From Octopus sinensis (taxonomy: Eukaryota): a stretch of DNA of 64,000 bases. Positions 1 through 12,242 of the stretch are shown piece by piece (position 1 is the first letter of the stretch; each line of letters begins with the position of its first letter). The stretch is from NCBI RefSeq assembly GCF_006345805.1, contig NC_043010.1:10912001-10976000 (forward strand), in the 5' to 3' direction. Under the pieces are notes generated by a model, which worked only from the letters and a program-made list of their open reading frames with translations, ran no database searches and was not told where the DNA came from. A program made the position numbers and the translations under genes.

Positions 1-7
1 ATGTATG

Positions 8-80
<73 letters not shown>

Positions 81-103
81 ATATATACATATGTTTATAA
101 ACA

Positions 104-153
<50 letters not shown>

Positions 154-743
154 ACACACAAGGTAACCTTTCAGAGTTGTTATCACATTGGACAAAATGT
201 TAAGTGGCCCTTCTTCAAGCGCTTTATGCTCTGGGTCCAAATCCCACCAGGGTCAACTTTACCTTCAATCCCTTCAGACTTCATAAAATAAAGTACCATT
301 CAAGTACTGAGGTTGCAGTAATCAGCTTGACTCCCCCCTCCATCCAAATGTCGCTTACCTTAAACCCATCAATGAACCAGCATCCCTTCAGGAGGAATGT
401 TGCGATCTTAATGGAATCTTGGTCACCATGGAAACCAGTAACTGGCCTCTATGAGTCCTAGACTCAATAATATGACTTTGTCTGTGTGTTTGTGTGTAGT
501 CTTAGATCGACACAGTTTGGTGGCAGTAAAGGAGTATCACTACTAAACAGATGTTATAGTTCATTTCCTGTCTTCCATGAAAAACATGCCTGGCCATGGG
601 TAAGTTTTACCTTGCTTGAAAACAGCTGAGAGTAAGCAACAGAAGCATCCAAATGTGAAAAATCTGCCTCAGAGAAATTCCATCTGACTCATGCAAGCAT
701 GGAAAAGTTGTTAAATGATGATTATGACAATGATATATATATA

Positions 744-1310
744 TATACTTAAATATAAGAGAGTTAACGTTAACTGGTTAACTCTAATGCTAGAAATAGG
801 TCCTTATTCTGGTATAGCCACTATATATAGTGCACTAATTATTATGTGCACTACTCGTTTCCACTAAGTCTTACCATTCTTTTGGCAGGGAAGCTAAATC
901 ACAACTATGTATGCAATCGATTTGACCGCATGGGTATTTATCGCCCATGATGGTCTAATAAATTGTATCGAAAACAAATGCTGCTGATGATTTATAGATA
1001 AATATGTGAGTATAATTGCACATTATGTTGATAAAGAAACAATTGTTCAGCATTAATTTATCTTTTCGTTGTATTTCGCTTTCCATAAGTTGAAGGTAAT
1101 GTTATTTCTTTTGTGGAAACTACTTCGGTGGCTATACCAGAATAAGGAGCTATTTCTAGCACTAGAGTTAACCACTTAATGTTAACTCTCTTATATTTAC
1201 GTATAAATTTGTATTGTCTCCCTGTTTTTTTATGTGCTAGGCCACTTGGTGTTAAACTGATGGTATTATTAAATTAATATCTAATTTTTCACCCTCATTT
1301 ATGAATTTGT
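744..1310 (+). mobile_element. Hammerhead-containing non-coding element with an inverted terminal copy (Penelope-like pLTR remnant)
   Basis: Flanked by (TA)n. 744-821 is an inverted copy of 1128-1205. Contains the hammerhead at 977-1054. The 3' part is similar to the reverse complement of 14815-14905. Confidence 0.6.
977..1054 (+). ncRNA. Type I hammerhead ribozyme (best preserved copy)
   Basis: Stem I AAUGCUG/CAGCAUU (7 bp); core CUGAUGA 984-990; stem II UUUAU/AUAAA plus inner AUGUG/CACAU; GAAA 1036-1039; palindromic stem III ACAAUUGU; cleavage triplet GUU ending at 1047. Confidence 0.85.
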
Positions 1311-1354
1311 ATATATATATATCAAAAATAAGCAACAAGAATGACTCCGGTGAT

Positions 1355-1440
1355 TTGGTACAATTGTTTCGTACTACAACATTTTATTAAAAGCTGTAAG
1401 TATTGCAGCAGATTTATGATGCTGAGTACTCTTCAGCCAA
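1355..1440 (-). ncRNA. Type I hammerhead ribozyme
   Basis: Stem I UUGG/CCAA; core CUGAAGA; stem II GUACU-CAGCAU/AUGUUG-u-AGUAC; GAAA; palindromic stem III ACAAUUGU; GUA cleavage at 1359. Confidence 0.8.
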
Positions 1441-2574
1441 TTTATATAGGTTTTCCAATAATATAAAAGCTTTCAAATCAAGTAGTAACATCTTAGGGAA
1501 GGTAAATATACAGATACAAATATATGAAGCAATTCAGTGAATTCTCTTGTGAGAGATACCCCTTGGCTATAAGCTTGTAGAATCATTTTATACTTCACTC
1601 ATATAAAACATATGTTTAAAGCATTCTGTTTGTTTGTTATTGTGTGTGTTATGCATTGAGTTACGATATATATGCGAGCATGCATAATATATTTAAATAT
1701 AATTTTGCTATCTAATTACCTGATAATAATTGTAGTTGATCCATGGATTAACTTAACTCCATACCCGGAAGTTCTTCATACTGCCCTGTGTATCTTTCAC
1801 TCCAAATATGTCCACTGCTCTTGTGAGATGACATTGTGTCACAGGAGAAAAATGCATTTTCGTCTAGCCTTCTACCATCAGATGTCATAGCAACCTGTTG
1901 ACTATATATCTATTGAAAAAAAAAAAATTACATTTCAAAGTATATTATAATGTAAACCACAATGGTAGCAGAAATAATTAGAATAATTGAAGTTCAAATC
2001 CTATATATATAACTATATATTAGTGATTCTAAAGCTTTTATAAATTGCAATGTTGTTCAGAAAATTTGGCAAATTTCTCCTTTAAACAAATCAGGCAGCA
2101 GTCGATAGAGATAAATAGAGATTTTGCTTCAGTGCACCTAATTTTCAATGTGTCTAAATCTGGAATGCATAAAAATAACAATGTGTAAAGTTTTGCCAAA
2201 AAGACAATAGTAAATACAAGCGAAAATGTACAAATCTGTTGAAGCATGTGTAATAGGTGAAAACCCCCAATGAAAAGTGTCGTACAGAATGTGAGCTAGC
2301 ATCAGTAACTCTCTTCTGCAGTCTCTGGTCGATTGCTTTTACCAGAGAGATATTGCCGAATTATATTTCAAGGTTCCATGGATATTTGTTCCACCAGACT
2401 AAACAACAGATTGAAATTGAGAGAGAATCGTTGAATTAATTACTTCTTAGCTGAGAATAAGACAATTGACGTTTTTAGTAGAAGTAACTAACATGTGTGA
2501 GAAGCTACAGAGGAAGAAAAGAAGAATGACACAAAACCATTCAGCAAAGCATAAATCAGAGAAACATACATGAC

Positions 2575-2604
2575 TCAATGAATGTAAAAGAACATTTGAG
2601 ATGC
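2575..2604 (-). CDS. Candidate terminal coding exon of the protocadherin (ASQMFFYIH*)
   Basis: Acceptor gtgtttttgtcttacAG|GCATCT, read in phase 0 to match the 9274 donor, followed by non-repetitive UTR-like sequence. Alternative acceptors exist (e.g. near 6838). Confidence 0.3.
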   Translation of the reverse strand, partial: ASQMFFYIH

Positions 2605-5600
2605 CTGTAAGACAAAAACACTCCAGAGATCTTTCTTTGGAAATTAAACTTTACTCTTTTATATAACTTAATGAAATGTTCAAACTACAAAAGAATCGAC
2701 CAACCAAAACGTTGGATACATTTGGATTTATTCAAATGGTTTTATAAGACATTCCACAGTCACTATGGTATATTTGCTTGGTTGTATTGATTGATTTCTC
2801 CCGATATTTATGGGTTTTATGTGTCCCAGAATAAAATTACTTATCCCAAAACATTGCAGCTATTTATTTTGTTTAACCCTACAAAGTAAAAGAATAAGTC
2901 ATACGGAACTTGAATTGGAAACTATTAACTATTATTTCTTTTAAGCCTTTTTGCTTTAGTGTGTAAAATAAATAAATAAATAAATATATAAATAGATAAA
3001 ATAAAAAAAATAAAAACTATATAACTGTGTGTAACCTTGACCTTGTAGCATGTACCATGCCTCTGCTAATTGTTTTAGGTGCCTATGTTGTTGTGCACTG
3101 ATATGGATACCTACTTTGCCTCATGTCCTTTTTACCCCAGCAGAAATTCAAAGATGTGACACCTTGAGAGTAAAAGAGTATCATGTGTACTAGGCTGATA
3201 CTTATTTTCAGCTGAGCAAACCAGAGTAATGCAAAATGAAGTGTCTTGCTCAAATAAAGGACATGTTGCCTGGTCCAGAAATCAAAATCACAACCATATG
3301 ATCATGTACCCAACACCCTATCCCTTAGGCCAAGTACCTTTACTTTAGTATGTGTCATCTTTATTTCAGCCAATAGAACATATTGGAGCCTGGTGCAGCC
3401 ATCTGGTTTGCCAGTCCTCAGTCAAATCGTCCAACCCATGCTAGCATGGAAAGCGGATGTTAAATGATGATGAAGATGATGGTGATGAAAACTTGATTTA
3501 ACATTTCTGTATTTGGATGCCTTGCTTAAATATAATGGTCACTATGAAGAGTGGTGCTTAATAGGTGTGATGGTCTAAATATTATAACTGTCCTGGGCAT
3601 GATATTAAACTGCACCCAGTTGCAAGGCTCTAATTCAGGAGTCCAAGAGTTTCAGAGAGCTTAGAGTTACTCCTTAGTCATCTCTACTCGCATGTCTGTT
3701 CTGGTCCAGAATGGTGGTACATGCTAAGGGCTCCAGTTATGGGTCAAATAGCAGGAGATAATTCCTGTAGCTAAGGCATTAAGGACTTGGGGGAGATGTC
3801 ACAAAAGCCCACATACATTTGGCCATAACCTGATGTCATGTGAACCAGTCATTCTCCCTAATTGTGAAACAGACCCTGTTCTTCAAGGGTGAGTTCAAGA
3901 GAGTTGAATATTAACAAATAAACGGTAAGTAACCAAGCAGCAAGCAACAAGAATCACAGCTGCAACAGGCTTTTGGCTTGGAGGTTTTTGATGACCAACC
4001 CCTATAGGCATGACATGTGACAGAGAGAACAGCACTTTCCTGAGCCTCTAGTAATAACATATAATGCAGTATTCTATGACCCAACACGTATAACTATAAA
4101 ATATATACTGTGAAGAAATATACATGTAAATATAATAATAGAGTTACTATGAGAAGAATTCAGGGATGTTGTTATAATTAAAAAGCATTAAGCTAGCATG
4201 GCTGTATGGTAAGAAGTTTGCTTCCCAACCCCTTAGTTTTGGGTTCAGTCTCACAGTGTGCTACTTTGGGCAAGTGTCTAAAACCCTTGTCTAACCAAAG
4301 ACTCGTGAATGGATTTAGTAGATGGAAACTAATGCATATATGTGCATGTAAATATATTATGTATGAGTGTATCTTTGTGTCTGTCACCCTCTGCTCAACA
4401 ACTTGTGTTGGTCTATTTATGCTCCTGTGACTTAGTGATTCAGTAAAAGAGACTAATACAGTAAGTACCAGTCCTCTAAAATAATAAATACCAGGGTTGA
4501 TTTGTTTGGTTTAAAAAATCCTTTGAGGTGTCACTCCAGTGTCTCTGTAGGTCAATGATTAAAACAAGGGAAAGATTAAAGAATATTTAGCGCTTATCAA
4601 TTCTGACATAAAAAAATCCTAACCTAAGTAATATGAACACAGTAACACCCCTTGGCTAAACACTACAGTTATGTAAAAACATTAAAAGCTGTTATCACCA
4701 TATTTACTGTCAATAAATGTATTTTAATAATGAAGCAATAACACAATGCCATTATGAGAGTGATAACAGACACACCATAATCATTCTACTAAAGTAAAAT
4801 CTAATTTGGAATGAGTTTAGTGTAAGAATAACACTATTCTCTTTGTTCAAGAGATTAATTCCATATTTGATCTGGAATCCTTCATCAAAGTAAAATGCTT
4901 CATCAAGAAAATCCAAAATATTCGTTTCAAATTTTGGTACAAAACCATCAAGCTCATGGTAGGGGTTAGGACTATTACATCGACCCCAGTGCTCAAATGG
5001 TACTTATTTTATTGATCATGAAATGATGAAAGGTAAAATCAAGCGGGTGGATTTGAACTCAGAACATGAAGACAGATGAAATGCAGTTAAGCATTTTGCC
5101 TGGTGTACTAATGATTCTGCCAGCTTAAGAAAATCCAAAATATTAATGGATAAGATGCTGAATAAATAGAATCAAAATTTGTCACTCAGTTGTCATCTTA
5201 CGAAATAGTATTTTAGTAACAGCAATCTAAAAAATGCTTTCCTGTAATGGTAAGGATAAAGACCCCCTTCAGTCATGAATGACCATAGGATTGCACTGAG
5301 AAAGTTCCCCTCTGAGGCACAAGTTTGGGTAAGGTTGTTTGTGGTAGGCTAGCAGTCATCCATGCATACCAGTCTCCCTTCTCTATCTTACCTATGTTGT
5401 CCAAAGGAAAAGCAAAGGCTGATACAGCTTGGACCAGTGGCAGCTCATTTCAACAGCTGAGTGAACTGGAGCAATGTAAAATAAAGTGTCTTGCTCAAGA
5501 ACACAAGACGCAGCCTGGTCCAGGAACTGAACTCATAACTTCATGATTGTAAGCCCAATGTCCTAACCACTGGGCCACGTGCCTGAACATCTGCCTATAG

Positions 5601-8072
5601 CAGTTCATAATAAAATAGGAAGTTTCTGTATATCTTTAAAATTCTACTTTTAGTGCACCAATAAGAAATCTTTGCATAACTGCATTATCAGCAAGAAAAG
5701 CAGACAAGCACAGCGCAGCCAATCATCACTCATGAACAAGCATGGCTTGGTAGGAAAGTTCAGTGTAGGTGAGCATCACATAAAAAGGTATGGTTTGGTA
5801 GCATGCACCATACATATGATAGTTGGTTTAGACACTAATGTAGTCACAAGCAGATATATGTTTCTTTATTACCCACAAGGGGCTAAACATAGAGGGGACA
5901 AACAAGGACAGACAAACGGATTAAGTCGATTACATCGACCCCAGTGCGTAACTAGAAGCAGATATAGAAAATATTTTGTTCCACACGGAACATCTAGGAA
6001 GTGGTAGTTTCAAATGAAATATTTGCACAGATGTACTTCACAAACAATTTGATTAGGATAATATCATCATCATCATCATCGTTTAACGTCCGTTTTCCGC
6101 GCTAGCATGGGTTGGACGGTTCGACCGGGGTCTGGGAAGCCATGGAAGCTGCACCAGGCTCCAGTCTGATCTAGCAGTGTTTCTACAGCTGGATGCCCTT
6201 CCTAACGCCAACCACTCCACGAGTGTAGTAACATTCCAATATATTTAATGGCATAAATAATGCCAAGCAGATCAACTTTTAATTATGGAAGTCTTATTAA
6301 AACCTTCACTCTAAATTAATCATTTCCAATTAGGAGGTGACAACCTAATGTTTTACTTTATAAAAATAAGGGAAGTTGAATTTTATTAAAATTACCAGTG
6401 AGCTTGTATTCATTTACAATTAAGTAGACTGGAGCAACATGAAAATGAAGTGCCTTGCTCAAGGACATGATGTACCACTCAGTCCAGGAACTGAACTCAT
6501 GAGCTTATGATTCTAAGTTGAACACCCTAACCACTAGGCTGTATGCTTTTATTTGTAGATAAATCCTTCTCAAATAAAAATCTACTGTCTTAAGAAAAAA
6601 AACCAGAAGGATACGGTGTATGATGTAATTTGATACACCCTTAAGTTGATGAGGAGACGTCCATGTTTGATCAAAGGTCAGGCTCTATCAGTGATGACCT
6701 CAGACTAAACAGCTACAACAACTTCTATTTCAAGAACATTGTTAAATAGATTCAGATATTTATAGAAATCAAGTTAAGTTAGATGTACCATGGGTAAGAA
6801 AAAAGAATTGATGAAAGTTTCTCTCTTAATTATACCTCTGAAAAGAACGAACCATTGAAAAGACTTTGGATTAAGAAAAGAAATATCAATCATTGTTCCT
6901 CGGGTATTGTAAAGAGATAAATAAATCTAATTATCAAATATTTTAACATCATATGGAGAAATAATACCATAATGAATCTTTTGTTACCAAAATTTATGGT
7001 AAAATCAATTAGGCAGACACAAATGGTAAAAAAAAAACAACGTAAGGTTTTGCTGGCACTAACATATGATGTCAAACCTATAATCATATGCAACTAAATA
7101 ATATTTATCTAATGATTTTTCCAAAATAATGGAAGATATATATTCTTATTGGTAGACTAATGACATCCTTTTCAATCTTGTTTTACAATTTATTTGCTTA
7201 ATTTTTAGGCTACAAAAATTATATCGTGAATATTGAATAGTTTTTGTGCCAAACCTATCATTTGAGAGAAAAAGCAATAAATCTGTGGAGAAAATTTGCG
7301 TCAGTGAAATAAATCCCCCCCAAATATACAGTTTCCAATAAAAATATCTTGCAGCAACATAGACTTAGATACAAAATATTCCCTGAAAAACTACTTCTGA
7401 ACAAATACTTTTAACAGTTTATTGCTTTATCCTTCATTAATTCTTTTGTTTGTTAGTTTTTTTGCTTTATTAACTGAATGATTATGATAAATTATTTCTT
7501 GAAATAATGAAGTAATCAAATTCTAATGAATTCTTTGGCATTATTGGGTCAAATAATAAAACTGAGTTATGTTTGATTTGTTTATGTCTATAAGAGTGTA
7601 GATATGTGTGTGTGTGTATGCATGTGGCTGTGTATGTGTGTGAGTTTGTGCATGTGTGTGTGTGTGTGCATGTGTGTGTGCATGTGAAAATGTATGTGTT
7701 TTAGTATTTTAATGTATAAAAAGTGTCTTTACAGCTGAGTGTATGCTGTATGTTTTTTGAGTGTATATATGCATATTCCTGTCAGCATATATACACACAT
7801 ATTCATATACATACAGACACACACACATTCATACACATATATACTCATATATATATATATATGTATATGTATGATGGTTGCCCCCTCGTTATCGAGTATG
7901 GCCATTGCACGAAGCTTAACTGTTATTGGTGCTGTGATCGAATGCGACTTTTTAGCCCAGCTAAAGATCTACAATGTCTTGTACACATACATATATATGT
8001 ATACATACATACATACATATGTATGCACATATACGCATAGATACACATACATACATAAATATATGTATATAC

Positions 8073-8292
8073 TAGTGGTTTTCAACCAGGGTTCTGCGGA
8101 ACCTTAGGGTTCCGCCAGTACAGTCCAGGGGTTCCGCAAGAAGTTACAAAACTGCTAAAATCGGCAGTAATTTTTAATTCTCCTGGTGCAGTTATGTGTG
8201 CATAAAACTATTAAATTATTGCACATGGGTTCCTCAAGCCAGTGGAATGTTTCCTTGGGGTTCCGCTCCAGTAAAATTTTTAAAAAGCACTG
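8073..8292. mobile_element. hAT-type MITE
   Basis: Imperfect TIRs tagtggttttcaa / tttaaaaagcactg; 8-bp TSD gtatatac/gtatatat; repeated gggttcc subterminal motifs. Confidence 0.75.
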
Positions 8293-9273
8293 GTATATAT
8301 GTATGTATGCATGTATGTATGTGCATGTATGTGCTATGCATATGTATATCAAAGTTTGTGTGCCCAAAGATATAGATGTTTAAATGTATTTCTCTCTGTG
8401 TGTAAATACCTATGATGTCTCTCTGTGGTTACGCATGTTCTTACCTTAGTGTATTTCAATGTATGGAATATGAAAAGAGGAGTAATTATTTTTCTAGTGT
8501 GGCACAAAGGTCAGAAGCAATTATCTCAAAAATTTCTAAACAAGCAAATTTATTCATTCAGAATCATTTACAACTCGTAGCTGCTGCTATTATTTTTAGT
8601 TGCATTTTATTGCTATAAATGTTACCGTTACTTTTTTTCATCAATCTTAAGCTGAACTTATTGGTGAAGATTCATTTTCATAGTGAAATTAATTTTTGCT
8701 ATGATTAGTTTAGACGAGAGAAGAACTTGAGAAGGGAGAATGGGTTCTAGCTTTCATAAAACTGAAAGTAGTTTAAAAGAATCAGATATTCATTTCACTA
8801 AATTTTAATCTTCCATAAATACAGAAGAAAATAACGAATGTTGAAATGTATAGTTAACCGGTAAGAGCTATTTATTAGTGATAATCCTTTGGGGACAAGA
8901 ATTATCTTGAATTACAGAGAAGTGGGAAAAATTTGCAATCACTAAGAAAATGTGGTTTAAAATCTCCAGTGTTTGCTGACCTGACATATTGATTTCCAAT
9001 AATGAATTGCAGAAGTGTCCCTTAGTCATCTAAAATGCTCAGACTGTGTTATTTTACACCAGTGATCAGATTCTTTGTATTAATCTATGTGAAAAGGACA
9101 TACTAAACAGGCAACCTTTAAAGTAAAGTATTACAACAGCATTGCAGGACGTAAATTCTCATAGCTTCTATCTATTAGTTAAGTTGATACACTGTCGTGA
9201 ATTTAAATACTACATCCCTTTCCTTACAAACAAAGATCCCTGTAATAAGAAATAATAACATGAAAGCACTCAC

Positions 9274-11670
9274 TTGTGTAGCTATAGGCAGCTTTTTTAC
9301 CATTGTCGATGTCCTCCATTCATTTTCTAATTCATTTTCTGGATAAAGGTGACTTTGTGATTTTAATGAATGGGTAGTTTTATTTATCATTTCTTTCTGA
9401 TTTCCGGTGTTGATGACAGGGTTGTTAGTTCGAGAGATCAAATATTTCTCTTCGTTCTTTATCCGACTTGGCGTAACTATTTCAGCTCTGTGTGATGCAT
9501 TTTTACTATTGTTGCATCTGACAATGCAAATTGATATTGAAATGACAACTGCCATTGATACAGTTACTGCTGCTAAGGTAATAATTACCACCAAGCTCAG
9601 ATGTATTCTTTTATCACTATCAGAATGGGCGACTGCCATCTTCTCAGAAGTTTTGTTGCTAACTGTCAAAGTTATGGAGAGATTGCTTGCAGCTGACAAA
9701 ACTGGAATCCCACTGTCTTTGACAATGCACTGCAAATAATACAACCCAGCATCACTTTGATAAACAGTTCGGGAAAATGTTAACACTCCAGTATAAGGAT
9801 TGATTGTAAAAAGTTGTTTGTTATTACCACGGATTATTTTGTAACGAAGAAATGAATTCCTTGGACTGTCGTTATCTATAGCTTTCAAAGTGATAATTTT
9901 TTTGTTGTTATGGGGTTCATAATAAACATCCAAATTAAAGGGACTGATGCTCGGGAAAGTAAAATACGGAGCATTGTCATTTTCATCCATCACTTCAACT
10001 ACTACATTAACTGTGTTGTTTAGGGGAGGAATTCCGTTGTCTTTCACCAAAACTTGGAATACGTATATGTCTTGGCGCTCGTAATCCAAAGCTCTTTTCG
10101 TTAAAATAAATCCATTGTCGGTAATTTTGAAAGGTAAAAGTGTGGCATTTTTGCCATACAAAGAATAAGTAAGCTGTCCACCGGCCCCCATATCGGGGTC
10201 AGTGGCATTAACAAGTCCAACAGGGAAATTCACCTCTTCATTTTCATAGGTCAGAAATTTAAATGTCTTTTTTGTAAACTGGGGCTGTACATCGTTTACA
10301 TCGACAACCTTGATGAAAAATTTTTTCTCAGTCTGCAGAGGAGGATGTCCTCTATCCTGGCAAATTATTCTGACATTAAATAAATTCTTTGCTTCTCTGT
10401 CCACAGAATTCTTCAGAAGCACTTTGTACTCCTTAGTTTCCATGGTCCGTAATTGAAACCTGTCATGATCTAAAGAACATGTGACCTCTCCATTTCGTCC
10501 AATATCATTATCAGTTACCATGACATAAGCTATGAAACTTCCAACTTTAATTCCTTCTGATATCGTTACAGTGTTTTCTGAAAAGGCTGAAACAAAGTTG
10601 ACGTCTATATTTGGCGGGTTGTTCTGTTGGTTAGTGACTGTGATCAAAACTATAGCAGTAGAACGTAGCGGAGGAGTGCCACCATCTTGAGCATCAACAA
10701 AGAGCTTATAAGACAGTTTTTGAATGGAGGGAAACTGTTTTATAGCAAATATTTCTCCTGTGTTTTCTTCTACTTGGAAATAAGATTGAGCGAGGTCTGT
10801 TGTTTTAGAACTGAAATGGTATGATACTCTTCCATATCTTCCAGAATCTAAATCTTTGGAAGATAAGACAGCAACTGGTGTATTCATTTGATGAGTATGT
10901 TTGATAGAAACATTGTAAATACTCTGAGAAAATACAGGTGGATTGTCATTTTCGTCATTGACTGATATTTTTACGTTTAATAAACCTTCCTTGGATGGAA
11001 ATCCACCATCTTTGGACACAATTTGAACCATGTAGTTATCCCTTAATTCTCTATCGAGTTTGGCTTCCAGTGTTATTTCAAGTTTAGCTCGGCCGTCAAC
11101 TCTCTTAGAAGTAGACAAAGTGAAAGGTTCGTCTGAATTCTTACGAAGTTGATATGTGATTTGGGAATTCAGAATGCCAACATCCTTATCCACTGCATCT
11201 GGAATTGATTGAGATGTTCCTTCTTTATCATTTTCATCAAAAAAGAGTTCGATTTGTTTATCTGGAAATTTTGGTTCATGATCATTAACATCTTTGATAA
11301 AGACCTTAATTTTTAAAATCCTCATGAAAGTTCCTGCTTGGTGAACTGCAATTTTGATAGTTTTAAAACACTCTACATTATAAATACAGAGTGTTTCAGC
11401 ATCCAGGACTTTAGCTGTGTACAACTTTCCTGTTCGCGAAACATTGAAGAGGTCTGAATCGCTTGTAGCGCTCTGCTGTAACTGACTAAATCTAATTAAG
11501 TCAGGATTTTCAACAGGTATACTGTCCAATAGTTGTGTGTCAGCTGCAATATCACCGACGTAAGTACCCGGACTTTTTTCCTCTTCAACATAATAAGTTA
11601 GTTTCCCGCTCAGGCACTGAGGGAACAAAGCAAACACTATATATACCAATACTAACATATTTATACTCAT
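9274..11670 (-). CDS. PCDH: Protocadherin (cephalopod-type), large coding exon: signal peptide, 6 cadherin (EC) repeats, TM helix, proximal cytoplasmic tail
   Basis: 831-aa ORF 11670..9175. It has a hydrophobic N-terminus, EC1 LDAETLC-x5-C, linkers DVNDHEP, DENDNPP, NQQNNPP, DVNDVQP and DENDNAP, motifs LDRE/VDRE/LDYE and DGGxP, and TM LVVIITLAAVTVSMAVVISISICIV. A consensus phase-0 donor CAA|GTGAGT at 9274/9273 suggests that the last 32 residues of the ORF (to 9175) are intron read-through. Confidence 0.95.
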
Positions 11671-11709
11671 AAGCTGTTACATTCAAAAGATCATAGCATC
11701 GATATTTTT

Positions 11710-11740
11710 CTGAAAAAGAAAAGAAAAGGAAAAGAAATTT
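11710..11740 (-). other. Splice acceptor of the protocadherin coding exon (exon starts at 11709, 39 nt before the ATG)
   Basis: Minus strand reads tttcttttccttttcttttctttttcAG|aaaaatatc. In-frame stops precede the ATG, so any upstream exons are non-coding. Confidence 0.8.
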
Positions 11741-11844
11741 AGTTGGAAAATCAGTCAAATACATTTATAAATTTATGAGCAGATTTCTAATCAAAGTAAA
11801 ACAGGTAAATATTTCATAAACAAAATGTAATGAGCGAGTAGTTA

Positions 11845-12242
11845 TCTTTATATATAAAAGTGAGGTTGTGTGCTGTCTGTCTCCTACGATTTAGATTCCT
11901 AACTACTCCCACATTTTGCGGTGCAGTTTAACCAAAAGCGGGTATCTTATAGTCGTGATTCATATCAAGCCCTTCTGGGTATTAGCGCGCATCTACGATG
12001 AGTCTACGATTTAAAAAAAATTTACCATCAATTTTTCCCATTTTTAATGCATTTTTGGCATATATAAGGGAAGTAACTCTCTAAAAATTTATTATTAAAT
12101 CTCAGAACGTTAAAAGCTACAGTAACACCCCCTCCCCTTTGTGGTTAGCCATATTGAGATGGCTGTTATACTTTACATCTCTAAAAATGCTTGTATAGTT
12201 ATTTCCCTTACAAACCCGAGCAACGCCGGGCGATACTGCTAG
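11845..12242 (+). mobile_element. Non-autonomous Helitron (398 bp)
   Basis: A|TC 5' end (tctttatatataaaag), GC hairpin cccgagcaacgccggg at 12215-12230, CTAG|T 3' end, no TSD. Confidence 0.85.

Noticed and set aside
9407-9739. 110-aa plus-strand ORF
   Set aside because: Antisense shadow of the protocadherin CDS.
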